Source: Nannocystis bainbridge
Lineage (GTDB): Bacteria; Myxococcota_A; Polyangia; Nannocystales; Nannocystaceae
Direction: 5' to 3'
DNA: 64,000 nt
Assembly (NCBI RefSeq): GCF_028368995.1
Contig: NZ_JAQNDL010000003.1
Location: 288,001-352,000 of the forward strand
In this document: positions 1 through 9,575 of the stretch, piece by piece
How the letters are laid out: the number at the start of each line of letters is the position of its first letter
Position numbering within the stretch: position 1 is the stretch's first letter
Made by a program: the position numbers and the translations under genes
The notes under the pieces: generated by a model
Told to the model about the DNA's origin: nothing
Database searches by the model: none
Seen by the model: only the letters and a program-made list of their open reading frames with translations

Positions 1-362
1 CACGACGACGGCGGCGCGCCGAAGTCCGGATCTACCGCCATGTCGAACTTGACCGCGTCGGTCGCCGAGACGTCGGTGGTCGAGCTGGTGCCCGCGGACG
101 TGTCGGTGGTGTCGGTGGTGCCGGTCATCGTCCCGCTCATCGTCCCCGGCGTGCCCGTCGAGGTCTCGCTGTCGCTGTCCGAACCGCCCTCCGTCGGCGC
201 CGTCGAGGTCGGCGTCACCGTGGTCGGACCGGGGCTCGTCGTGCTCACCGTCGTCGTCGCCGACGCGCCCGCCGTCGCCTGGCTGTCGTCGCCACAGCCG
301 GTGAAGACGAGCGCGAGCGAACCGGTGGCGAGGGCGTGAACGACGGACGTGCGGGTGGACAT
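1..362 (-). CDS. Thr/Ser-rich lipoprotein, N-terminal part (runs off the window)
   Basis: Manual minus-strand translation from ATG 362: MSTRTSVVHALATGSLALVFTGC (lipobox), then a T/S/G-rich linker and a KFDM motif. The + strand ORF 40..339 is its antisense shadow. Confidence 0.75.
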   Translation of the reverse strand, partial: MSTRTSVVHALATGSLALVFTGCGDDSQATAGASATTTVSTTSPGPTTVTPTSTAPTEGGSDSDSETSTGTPGTMSGTMTGTTDTTDTSAGTSSTTDVSATDAVKFDMAVDPDFGAPPSS

Positions 363-604
363 CGCCGGCCATCGTACACCACGCCGCGCCCCTCGCGGTC
401 CGCGCTCGCGGCCTCGCACGAAGCGCGCGCGCGAACCGTGGCCTGTCCTCGCCGGCGGATCCCTCCGTGAGCGGTCGCCCTCGCGTGAACCGCTGCACGA
501 TGGGTTCGTCTTCGCCCCCGCGCGGCGCTCGAACCCGAGCGACGACGTGTGCCGCGATACTGCCCGGCCCGCTCTTGCGCGAATCCGCCGGCGACATCGC
601 TCCC

Positions 605-638
605 GGCCCCATGGGGGCCCCATGGGGCCCCATGGGGC
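605..638. promoter_or_regulatory. Three phased CCCCATGGGG palindromes, candidate upstream activator sequence
   Basis: CATG cores at 610, 621 and 631 (10-11 bp period), about 70-90 bp upstream of a sigma54-like promoter. Confidence 0.45.
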
Positions 639-699
639 TACGCCCGCGTTTTTCGGCCAGCTCAGCGGGGGCCATCCGCGAATCTCCACGCGATTTCAT

Positions 700-715
700 G
701 GGTGCGGAGCTTGCT
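700..715 (+). promoter_or_regulatory. Sigma54 -24/-12 promoter candidate for the M23 gene
   Basis: gGGTGCGgagcTTGCt, with GG(701-702)-N10-GC(713-714), just upstream of ATG 729. Confidence 0.55.
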
Positions 716-728
716 ATGGCGAGCGCAG

Positions 729-2735
729 ATGCTTTCATCGATCCGTCTATGCGCTTTGCACATTCATCGGAGCACGCTGCTCGCAATCATCCTCGGTATG
801 GGCGCGACCGCCTGTGAGATCGAGGGTCAGGAGCTGCTGGCGGAGGACGACCTCCAGATCGACACCGACGCCGCCGGGCTCCACGCCGACCTCGCGCTCG
901 AGGACGCCGTCGAGCCGCAGGCCGCGGGCAGCTACCCGACCTGGCAGGTGTTGGCCCCGTTCCGCCTCGACGACCTCAAGCCCAACCATTACCCGACGAT
1001 CTTTGCGAACGCCGACAAGTGGCACGACATCGTCATCAACCGCTACGACGGCGGCTGGACCGGGCAGCGGCCCGGGCTGACCGGCGAGACCAACAGCCTG
1101 GGCTGGGGCGTGCCGGTCTACGCCGGCGTCGACGGCGAGGTGATGAGCTGCTGGCGCACTGCCCCGTACGACGCGGCCTACGTCGACGTGCAGCACAAAC
1201 TGGCGATCGGCGGCAACTTCATCACCATCAAGACCAGCGACGGCAAGTGGTTGTACTACGCCCACCTGGACACCAACTCGATCCCCGCCGAACTGTGCCC
1301 GAATGTGAGCACCAACGGCGGCTACCTTCAGGTTTGTGACAAGCCGAACGAGCCCTGGGACTGCGAGGTGTGCGACGACAACGGCGGCAAGCAGTGCTCC
1401 CTGGTCGAGACGTACATCCCGGCGGGCAGCCGGCCGCAGGTGCACGCGGGCCAGTTCATCGGCCGGACGGGCGCGATCGGCAACGCCGCCATGGCGCACC
1501 TGCACATGGGCGCGGGCACCATCAACACCGTCGGCGGCATCGATCGCATGGTCCAGACCGACCTTCACATCACCTTCGAGCACAGCTGGCACGCGCCCGG
1601 GCCCGGCGAGTCGCCGCCGATCGCCTGGACGGCCTCCTCGGGCATGAGCCTCCCCAACGCAGTGACCACCGATCACACCCTGATGTGGTTCGGCGGCAAG
1701 CGCGAGGAGACCTACTCGGGCACCTACCGGCTGGCCAAGTACGGCGGCGGCGTGGGCACCGACCTCCTGTGCCACGACACCGACAGCGGCAACCTTTACA
1801 CCGACGGCGATGACTCCCCGGTCAAGTTCGGCGGCACCAACTGGTCGCGCACGGCCAACTTCTGCAAGGGCGATTCGCAGCGGCTGCTCACCGGCGATTT
1901 CGACGGCGACACGCGGTCGGACCTGCTGTGCCACGATCTCGAGACGGGCATCATCCAGATCGACTACGGCGCCTTCAACACGGTCTCCGGCAACACCGAG
2001 TTCAACGGCGTCAATTTCACCAGCGTGAACGGGTGGTGCAACGGCGACACCCAGCAGCTCATCGTCGGCAACTTCGACGACGACACCAAGGACGACCTGC
2101 TGTGCCACGATCACGCCGACGGCCGCCGCTGGCTCGACCGCGCGAATGACGGGTTCGCCGGCACCAATCATTCGTTCGGGACCGGTTGGTGCTTCGGTCA
2201 CTTCGAGCGGCTGCACGTCGGCCGCTTCGACACGACCTCGGCCGGCGACGACCTGCTGTGCCACAACACCTCCACCGGCGCGATCCAGATCGACGCCACC
2301 CCCAGCAACGCCCAGATCGCCCTCGGCACGCCGATCTTCGGCGCCACCGACCAGACCACCGGCCCGTGGTGCTACGCCCGCGGCCAGCGGCTGTTCGCCG
2401 GCGATTTCCTGACCGGCTCGTGGCTCGACGAGCTGGTCTGCCACGACAGCGACACCGGCAAGACCTTCATCAACGTCCCGACCTCGAACGCCAGCTATCC
2501 CGGGACTTCCTCGGTCGGCGCGGTGAGCGGGTTCTGCACCGGCCCGTACGAGCGCCTCAAGGTCGGCGACATCGACGGCGACAACGCCGACGATTTGCTG
2601 TGCTTCGACCGGGTCACCGGCGAGCGCTCGATCGACTACGCCGCCTGGGAGAACAGCGTCGGCGGCGTGTTCGGCGGGGTCGACTGGACCTCGACCGGCG
2701 CCTGGTGCCACGACCCCGATCAGTCGCTCCACTGA
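729..2735 (+). CDS. M23 family metallopeptidase lipoprotein with C-terminal FG-GAP/VCBS-like repeats
   Basis: Signal peptide ending GATAC. M23 motifs GVPVYAGVDGEV, GNFITI..YAHL and GQFIGRTGAIGN..AHLH. About six repeats of GDFDGD..DLLCHD. Confidence 0.8.
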   Translation: MLSSIRLCALHIHRSTLLAIILGMGATACEIEGQELLAEDDLQIDTDAAGLHADLALEDAVEPQAAGSYPTWQVLAPFRLDDLKPNHYPTIFANADKWHDIVINRYDGGWTGQRPGLTGETNSLGWGVPVYAGVDGEVMSCWRTAPYDAAYVDVQHKLAIGGNFITIKTSDGKWLYYAHLDTNSIPAELCPNVSTNGGYLQVCDKPNEPWDCEVCDDNGGKQCSLVETYIPAGSRPQVHAGQFIGRTGAIGNAAMAHLHMGAGTINTVGGIDRMVQTDLHITFEHSWHAPGPGESPPIAWTASSGMSLPNAVTTDHTLMWFGGKREETYSGTYRLAKYGGGVGTDLLCHDTDSGNLYTDGDDSPVKFGGTNWSRTANFCKGDSQRLLTGDFDGDTRSDLLCHDLETGIIQIDYGAFNTVSGNTEFNGVNFTSVNGWCNGDTQQLIVGNFDDDTKDDLLCHDHADGRRWLDRANDGFAGTNHSFGTGWCFGHFERLHVGRFDTTSAGDDLLCHNTSTGAIQIDATPSNAQIALGTPIFGATDQTTGPWCYARGQRLFAGDFLTGSWLDELVCHDSDTGKTFINVPTSNASYPGTSSVGAVSGFCTGPYERLKVGDIDGDNADDLLCFDRVTGERSIDYAAWENSVGGVFGGVDWTSTGAWCHDPDQSLH

Positions 2736-2772
2736 TCGGGCACCGACGCGCGGGCCTGGTCTGCGCGTCGAA

Positions 2773-4161
2773 TCAGCTCTCGGCCGGCCGCTCGGGCACC
2801 GCGATCGCGTACATCCCGAGCCAGCGCGTGATCTGCTTGCGCTCGCACTCGTAGTGCTTCGCCGTCGCGCGGATGCTCCAATCGTTGGCCATCAACGTCG
2901 CCAGCAGCGCCTCGCGGCTCGGTCGCGGTCGCGGCCGCCGCGGGGCCGCCCTGGCGCCCGCGGCCTCCGGCTGGGTCGACGCGATCGCGGCGGCGACGGA
3001 CGCCGCACCTGCCCCGAAGGACAGCAGGTCGGGCCACGGGTCGGACTCGCGCCGCTCGCCCTCGATCCCGCACGCGTGAAGGAAGCGCTGCAGGCCGCGC
3101 AGGTTGTCCGGCCAGGTCTGCCGCAGCAGCGCCTCGGCGACCGCGGTCGGGAACTCGAGCGGCGCCGGCGAGACCCGGCTGCGCGGGGCACACCAGGCCC
3201 GGTGGAGGCGATCGATCCACGCGATCAGGTCGGCCCGGCGCGCCCGCAGCGGCGGCACGTGGACCTCCCACAGCGCCAGGCGGGCGTACAGGTCGCGGCG
3301 GAACTTGCCCTGCTCGATGTCGTCGACCAGCGAGCGGTTGGTGGCCGCGATCAGGCGCACGTCGACGCGGTGGCGCTGCGTGCTGCCGACGGCGACGACC
3401 TCGCCGAGCTCGACCGCCCGCAGCAGCTTGGGCTGGAGGTCGAGCGGCAGCTCGCCGAGCTCGTCGAGGAACAGAGTCCCGCCGGAGGCCGCGCGGAACA
3501 TGCCGCCGTGCTCCTGCGTCGCCCCGGTGAAGGCCCCGCGGGTGTGCCCGAACAGCTGGCTCTCGATCAGCTGCGGGCTGAGGGCCGCGCAGTTGATCAC
3601 CACCAGGCTGCCCTGGCGCCCGCTCAGGCGGTGCAGCTCGGCGGCGATGTTCTCCTTGCCGACGCCGGTCTCGCCGAGGATCAGCGCCGGCGAGCGGTCG
3701 GGCCCGGCGCGACCGATCGCCTGCCGCAGCTGCCGCACCGCCAGCGAGTCGCCGGGCACCGCCTCGTGCGACACCTGCGGCGTGTCGCGCAGATCGGCGT
3801 CGCGGCGCTCGTAGACCGCCAGCACGTCGCCGAAGCGCAGCACCGCCTGGTCCTCGAGGTAGAAGGGCAGCGCCTGGATCGCCTGGCCGTCGACCCACGT
3901 GCCGTTGCGGCTCTCGAGGTCGGCGACGCAGTGGCGGCCGGCGGCCTGGTCCCAGCGGATGCTGGCGTGCTGGCGCGACACCGTCTTGTGGGCCGCGACG
4001 ATCGCCCCCGGCGCGCCCGGCTGGCGCCCGAGGACCGCCGGCGCCTCGTCGAGCGGGTGAGCGCCGGCCAGGCTGCGCGGGTAGACGACGACCAGCCGGG
4101 CCGTGCGCGGTGGCGCGCAGATTCGCGCAGCCCGCTCCGTGGACACGGTCTCGTCCGGCAT
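2773..4161 (-). CDS. FHA-domain sigma54-dependent transcriptional activator (bEBP)
   Basis: FHA motifs (LGR..VSRQHA..DLESRNGTWVDG), Walker A GETGVGKE, GAFTGA loop, LFLDE and a C-terminal HTH. Start chosen at MPDET; upstream ATGs are possible. Confidence 0.92.
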   Translation of the reverse strand: MPDETVSTERAARICAPPRTARLVVVYPRSLAGAHPLDEAPAVLGRQPGAPGAIVAAHKTVSRQHASIRWDQAAGRHCVADLESRNGTWVDGQAIQALPFYLEDQAVLRFGDVLAVYERRDADLRDTPQVSHEAVPGDSLAVRQLRQAIGRAGPDRSPALILGETGVGKENIAAELHRLSGRQGSLVVINCAALSPQLIESQLFGHTRGAFTGATQEHGGMFRAASGGTLFLDELGELPLDLQPKLLRAVELGEVVAVGSTQRHRVDVRLIAATNRSLVDDIEQGKFRRDLYARLALWEVHVPPLRARRADLIAWIDRLHRAWCAPRSRVSPAPLEFPTAVAEALLRQTWPDNLRGLQRFLHACGIEGERRESDPWPDLLSFGAGAASVAAAIASTQPEAAGARAAPRRPRPRPSREALLATLMANDWSIRATAKHYECERKQITRWLGMYAIAVPERPAES

Positions 4162-4293
4162 CGACGGCGGGTTTTCGGGATTGCGCGAGCCCATGGGGCG
4201 GTCGGCATGGTGTCCCATGCGGCCGCACCTCGGCAAGCCCGAGAAAACGTGGTGAAGTCGCGCGGCACCCCTAAAATCATTGAAGATTTGTCG

Positions 4294-4309
4294 AGGCACG
4301 GCGGTTGCT
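4294..4309 (+). promoter_or_regulatory. Sigma54 -24/-12 promoter of the ADYC-kinase operon
   Basis: aGGCACGgcggTTGCt is a near-perfect match to TGGCACGNNNNTTGCW. It is divergent from the bEBP gene and has an AT-rich segment just upstream. Confidence 0.8.
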
Positions 4310-4376
4310 CAACCGGGTTTCACAGGCTCCCGGAGCCAGCAATCCACCCGTTCCTTGTCACATCGGAGAAACTACT

Positions 4377-5360
4377 ATGTCGCTGTTCATGATTGGCTTC
4401 CGCCTCGCCCCGCTCGCCCTCATCGGCCTCTCCGCTGTCGGCTGCACCGAGGTGCCGAGCGAGGACGACCTCGAGTTCCGCACCACCTGCACTGCATGCA
4501 CCTTCAACTCGCCGCACATCGACAACGCCCCGATGCCGGAGCTCGCCCTCGATGGCGAAGAGAACTCCGCCGGAGTGAAGCTGATCGCCCTGCGCGACAC
4601 CCAGACCACCGTGGATTACGAGGTCGGCACGGACTCTCAGGAGGATCTGGTGGCCCGCGACGGCAACCTCAAGGTCGCCATCGGCCCTGCGCTGTACGGC
4701 TGGGAGCTCGTGCTGGAGAAGGACGGTGTCGAGAAGATCGCCACCATCACGGGGCACGGCGAGATCGAAGCTTGGTCCGACAACGGCCGACCCATGCCCA
4801 CGTACGCGATCTCTTACCATGGCCTGGTCGACGGCGCCTGGGGCCACTGGAACGTGTGCCCTGAGTTCGTCGGCAGCCCCGAATCGCCCGTGTTGACGAT
4901 CATTCGCGGTCAGACGTACGACCGCGAGGACAAGCGCGTCGACCTGATCGACTCCGACTGGGTGACCTTCGCGTGTGTCGGCGAGGCGGCCTTCAAGGCC
5001 AAGGCCCTCGGCTACTCCCAGGGGCGCAGATTCGCCGGCACCAACGCGCCGGCCACCCGCGGGCAGCAGGACGCGACCCTCAAGATGATCACCGCCGATT
5101 ACTGCGGCACCGGCCACAGCTTCACGGCACCGAATACGGCGCTGCACTGGGAGAACCGGGCGGGTACCGTCACCATTCCGATGGGGACCGTGACCGGCCC
5201 GCTCGAGGCCGTATGGGGCCCGGACGGCGCCCTGTGCCTCGACAATCCGCGCCACACGACCAAGGCGTTGGTCGAGGCGGAGTGCGGCTACCCCATTCCG
5301 TCCTGCGCGGGCTTCGACTACACCGGGCCGTGGGAGTGGAAGACCTTCAAGAAGCTATAG
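4377..5360 (+). CDS. ADYC-domain lipoprotein (copy 1)
   Basis: GGAG RBS, lipobox AVGC, conserved MITADYCGTGHSFT and EAVWGPDGALCL motifs. Confidence 0.85.
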   Translation: MSLFMIGFRLAPLALIGLSAVGCTEVPSEDDLEFRTTCTACTFNSPHIDNAPMPELALDGEENSAGVKLIALRDTQTTVDYEVGTDSQEDLVARDGNLKVAIGPALYGWELVLEKDGVEKIATITGHGEIEAWSDNGRPMPTYAISYHGLVDGAWGHWNVCPEFVGSPESPVLTIIRGQTYDREDKRVDLIDSDWVTFACVGEAAFKAKALGYSQGRRFAGTNAPATRGQQDATLKMITADYCGTGHSFTAPNTALHWENRAGTVTIPMGTVTGPLEAVWGPDGALCLDNPRHTTKALVEAECGYPIPSCAGFDYTGPWEWKTFKKL

Positions 5361-5421
5361 CCGGCAGCAGGCGCCCGGAGCCGCAATCCACCCCGTTCCT
5401 TGTCACCTCGGAAATACTACC

Positions 5422-6429
5422 ATGTCGCTGTTCAATGTTGGCTTCCGCTTCGTCCCGCTCGCCCTCGTCGGACTCTCCGTCGCTTGTACCGCCCTGCCGG
5501 ACGACGCCGACCTCGAGTTCCGCACCACCTGCACTGCCTGCACCTTCAACTCGCCGGACGTCGACGACGCGCCGATCCCGGAGCTCGCGTTCGACGGCCA
5601 GGAGAACTTCGCCGGTGTGAGCCTGATCGGGCTGCGCGAGAACGTCGGGGGCCGGATCTTCGAGTTCGATGTCTACAACGACGAGATGATCGCCCGTTAT
5701 GGCAAGACCATCGTCGAGAGCGGCGGTGGACTCGTCGGCTGGCAGCTCTTGATGGAGCGGGATGGCCAACCACTGATCGCCAGAATCACGGGATACGACG
5801 CCGCCGCCGAGGGGCTCACCGACGACGGCCAGCCCCTGACGGCGTACGCGATCGCTTACGACGGCCTGATCGGCGGCGTCCCGGCCTACGCAATCAACGT
5901 TTGCCCGGAGTTCGCCGCCACCGCATCAGAGCCGGTCTTGACTATCATCCGCAGCCAGACCTACGACCGCGAGGAAAAGCGCGTCGACCTCATCGATCCC
6001 AATTGGGTGACCTTCGCCTGCAAGGGCGAGGCCGCCTACAAGGCCAAAGCCCTCGGCTACAGCGAGTCGCGCATTTTCCCCGGCAGCAGCGGGCCGGCCA
6101 CCCGCGCGCAACAGGACGCGACCCTCAAGATGATCACCGCCGACTACTGCGGCACCGGTCACAGCTTCACGGAGCAGGGTACCGAGCTGCACTGGGAGAA
6201 TCGGGTCGGGTCCGTCACGGCGACGCCCGGCCCCATGGACCCGATCGAGGCCGTGTGGGGCCCGGACGGCGCGCTGTGCCTGGATGAACCGCGCTACACG
6301 ACCAAGCTGCTGGTCGAGGCGGAGTGCGGTCACACCTTTCCGTCCTGCGCGGGATTCGACTACAGCGGGCCGTGGGAGTGGAAGACCTGGAAGAAACTGC
6401 CGCCCCCACCCCCGCCCCCCCAGCCCTAG
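5422..6429 (+). CDS. ADYC-domain lipoprotein (copy 2)
   Basis: Lipobox SVAC, MITADYCG motif, full-length paralog of 4377..5360, poly-Pro tail. Confidence 0.85.
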   Translation: MSLFNVGFRFVPLALVGLSVACTALPDDADLEFRTTCTACTFNSPDVDDAPIPELAFDGQENFAGVSLIGLRENVGGRIFEFDVYNDEMIARYGKTIVESGGGLVGWQLLMERDGQPLIARITGYDAAAEGLTDDGQPLTAYAIAYDGLIGGVPAYAINVCPEFAATASEPVLTIIRSQTYDREEKRVDLIDPNWVTFACKGEAAYKAKALGYSESRIFPGSSGPATRAQQDATLKMITADYCGTGHSFTEQGTELHWENRVGSVTATPGPMDPIEAVWGPDGALCLDEPRYTTKLLVEAECGHTFPSCAGFDYSGPWEWKTWKKLPPPPPPPQP

Positions 6430-6432
6430 CCC

Positions 6433-9153
6433 ATGGCCCACGAGGACAACCCGGTCACAGGCACGTCCACCTCGCACGGCGAGGTGACGCAGGACGTGGT
6501 TCCCGCGCCCGCTCGCAACCTGGGCGGCGTGGGCCCGCTGCCGGCCAAGCTCGGCCGCTATCACGTGCTCGGTCAGCTCGGCGCCGGCGGCATGGGCGTG
6601 GTGCTCACCGCCTACGACCCCGACCTCGATCGCAAGGTCGCGCTCAAGCTGCTGCGCGCGCACGGCAACGCCGGCTCGGCCGGGCGAATGCTGCGCGAGG
6701 CCCACGCGCTGGCCCGCCTCTCGCACCCCAACGTGGTCCAGATCCACGACACCGGGGCGATCGACGGCCAGGTCTTCATCGCCATGGAGTTGGTCCGCGG
6801 CGTCGACCTGCGGACCTGGCTGACCCAGCCGCGCCCGCTCGTGGAGGTGCTGCGCGCCTTCGTCGACGCCGGTCGCGGCCTGGCCGCGGCCCACGACGCC
6901 GGCTTCGTCCACCGCGACTTCAAGCCCGAGAACGTGCTGCTCGGCGAGGACGGGCGGGCCCGGGTCGCCGACTTCGGGCTGGTCCGCCTCCACGACGAGC
7001 TGCCCGACGAGCCGGTGAATTCGCCCTCGACGCGCGGCGCCCTCGGCCACTCGCTCACCGTCACCGGCGCGCGCCTCGGCACGCCCGGGTACATGTCGCC
7101 CGAGCAGCACCTCGGCCTCACGGCCGACGCCCGCAGCGACCAGTTCAGCTACTGCGTGGCGCTGTGGGAGGCGCTGCACAGGCAGCGACCGTTCGCCGGC
7201 GACAGCCCCGAGGCGATCGTCGCGGCGGTCCGCGCCGGCCGGCTGCGGGCGCCGCCCCGGGGCTCCCGCGTGCCCGCCGAACTGAATCGGCTGCTGCAGC
7301 GCGGCCTGGCCTACGACCCCGAGCAGCGCCACCCGAGCATGCACGCGCTGCTGGCCGCGCTGACCGTCGATCCGGCCCGCAGGCGCCGGCGCTGGCTGCT
7401 CGGTCTCGTCGGGGCCGGCCTGCTCGCAGCGGTCGCCGGCGTGTGGCTGAGCGGCGAGGCCGAGCCGTGCGCCGGCGGCCCGGAGGCCCTGGCGCCCACC
7501 TGGAACCCCTTGCGCCGCCAGGCTGTCGCCGAGGCGCTGACACCGAGCTCCGACCCGGCGCTGCCGCGATTCGTGCTCGCGGGCCTCGACGCTTACGCCG
7601 GCGAGTGGCTGACGTCGCACCGCGACGCCTGCCTCGATCATCGCCGCGGCGAGCAGTCGAGCGCGCTGCTCGACGCCCGCATGCACTGCCTCGATCGCCG
7701 CCGCCAGACCCTCGCCGCCGTCGCGCGCCTGCTCGTCGGCGAGGCTGGCGACGTCGACGCAGGCCGCCCTGGTCGCGCCGAAGCGGAGCCTCCGGACGCC
7801 GCGCAATTGATCGCCCGCATGCCGGCGATCTCCGCCTGCGCCGATCCGGCCGTGGTGCTCAGTGAGGCTGCCGTTCCCGAGGATCCCGCGCTCGCCGGCG
7901 AGGTCGCGGCCGTCGCCTCGCGGCTGATCACCGCCCGCGTGCGCCATGACGCCGGTGACCTCGAAGGCGCCCGCGCCCTCGCCGAGGACGCGCTCGCCCG
8001 GGCCCGCCGCGCCAAGTTTGCACCGATCCTCGCCGAGGCGTTGCTGGTCCAGGCCCGCATCCACTTCACCCCGCAACAGTGGGAGCTCGCCCGTCCCGCG
8101 CTGGACGAGGCGCTCGTTCAGGCCGTGGCAGCACGCCGTGACGACCTCGCCGCCGAAGCCATGGCACGCCTGCTGTTCGTCGACGGCGTCCATCTCGGCC
8201 GCACCGCGGAGATGCTGCGCCTCGCGCCGTTGGCCCTCGCCATGGCCGCGCGGGCCCCGGAGCCGCACGCCGCCCGCGGGTTGGCGCACAACAATATCAG
8301 CGTCGTGCAGACGCTCTCGCACGAACGAGAGCGGGCGACCTTGTCGATGAAATCCGCCGTCGAGGAGATGCTGGCTGCGCCCCACACCGACCCGATCGAG
8401 CTGGCCCACGTGTTTTTCAACGCGGCCGTGATGACCGCTGCTCCCGCGCAACGGCACGCCGGCCTCGACCGCGCGAGGGCGCTGCTGGCCGAGCGCCTCG
8501 GACCCCGTCACCTGGTCACCCTCGACGCCCGGATGGCCGCCGCGAGGTTCGAGCCCGATTTGAAGATGGGTGCGGCGCAGCTCGACGAGGTTTGTCCGGA
8601 GTATCTCCGCGGCCACGGCCGCACGATCACCACCTGCGCGTCGTGCTTCAATCTCCTCGTCCACCTGCAGATGTATCTCGGCGAGACGACGCGCGCCCTG
8701 GCCAGCGCGGAGCAAGGCCTCTCGTGCCACGCCCGGCCCTTCACCGACCAGGACGCCAGCCTGCGGGCCAAGGCGCAGGCGTTCATCGCCGTGCACTCGG
8801 GCCACCCGCTCGCCGCGCTCGAGCACCTGAAGCAGGCGCGCCGGTGGCCCGATTCGCTGCAAGGGGTCCCGTGGATCCGCCCAGAGCTGGCCGAGCTCGA
8901 CCTGATCCGCGGCCGTGCGCTGCTGCTGCTCGACCGCCCCGCCGAGGCCACCGAGGCGCTCGAGCAAGCCATGCCGGGCTACGCCATCTTCGTGGACCGC
9001 CCCGAGCTGCTGACGCCGCTGCTGCTCGCCGAGACGCAGACACTGCTCGCGCGGGCCCTGCTGGCCGCCGAGACGCCCGACCACGAGCGCGCCGCCCAGT
9101 TGACTGCATCAGCCCAGGCGACCCTCGCAGCCCACGGCGCGGTCGTGCCCTGA
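6433..9153 (+). CDS. Membrane Ser/Thr protein kinase with TPR-like C-terminal region
   Basis: GAGGMG, VALK, HRDFKPEN, DFG and GTPGYMSPE motifs, a TM helix, then helical repeats. Confidence 0.93.
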   Translation: MAHEDNPVTGTSTSHGEVTQDVVPAPARNLGGVGPLPAKLGRYHVLGQLGAGGMGVVLTAYDPDLDRKVALKLLRAHGNAGSAGRMLREAHALARLSHPNVVQIHDTGAIDGQVFIAMELVRGVDLRTWLTQPRPLVEVLRAFVDAGRGLAAAHDAGFVHRDFKPENVLLGEDGRARVADFGLVRLHDELPDEPVNSPSTRGALGHSLTVTGARLGTPGYMSPEQHLGLTADARSDQFSYCVALWEALHRQRPFAGDSPEAIVAAVRAGRLRAPPRGSRVPAELNRLLQRGLAYDPEQRHPSMHALLAALTVDPARRRRRWLLGLVGAGLLAAVAGVWLSGEAEPCAGGPEALAPTWNPLRRQAVAEALTPSSDPALPRFVLAGLDAYAGEWLTSHRDACLDHRRGEQSSALLDARMHCLDRRRQTLAAVARLLVGEAGDVDAGRPGRAEAEPPDAAQLIARMPAISACADPAVVLSEAAVPEDPALAGEVAAVASRLITARVRHDAGDLEGARALAEDALARARRAKFAPILAEALLVQARIHFTPQQWELARPALDEALVQAVAARRDDLAAEAMARLLFVDGVHLGRTAEMLRLAPLALAMAARAPEPHAARGLAHNNISVVQTLSHERERATLSMKSAVEEMLAAPHTDPIELAHVFFNAAVMTAAPAQRHAGLDRARALLAERLGPRHLVTLDARMAAARFEPDLKMGAAQLDEVCPEYLRGHGRTITTCASCFNLLVHLQMYLGETTRALASAEQGLSCHARPFTDQDASLRAKAQAFIAVHSGHPLAALEHLKQARRWPDSLQGVPWIRPELAELDLIRGRALLLLDRPAEATEALEQAMPGYAIFVDRPELLTPLLLAETQTLLARALLAAETPDHERAAQLTASAQATLAAHGAVVP

Positions 9154-9575
9154 GCGCCGCCGGGTGTTCCCATTCGCGCGAGAGCAGTCCCTCGGCGACC
9201 ACGATCGACGCTCATCAGCCTCGCCAGACGCACCTCCCCGTGTCCTCGACCTCCACGCCCCTTCCATCCCTGACGCTTCGCATCCCGCGCGTCGCGCATC
9301 ACGTCGTTCGATTACCGACACCAGGCATACCGTTCGTCCGGCCCCGCCTCTCCTGCTCGCGCTCACGGCCGCGCGGTTGAACGGACCATGCGCGAAGGCT
9401 CGCATCGTCGCGCAATCCAACTGGCGGATTCGCTATCGCTCCAGAAAACACGAGCAGGTCGTGCGGTGACTCGAAAATCATGGAAGATTGTCGCGGCACG
9501 CAGGGTCCTCCATCCGGCTCCACAGGCTCCCTGCATCAATAATCCACCGCTCCTCGTCATCTCGGAGAACTCACC

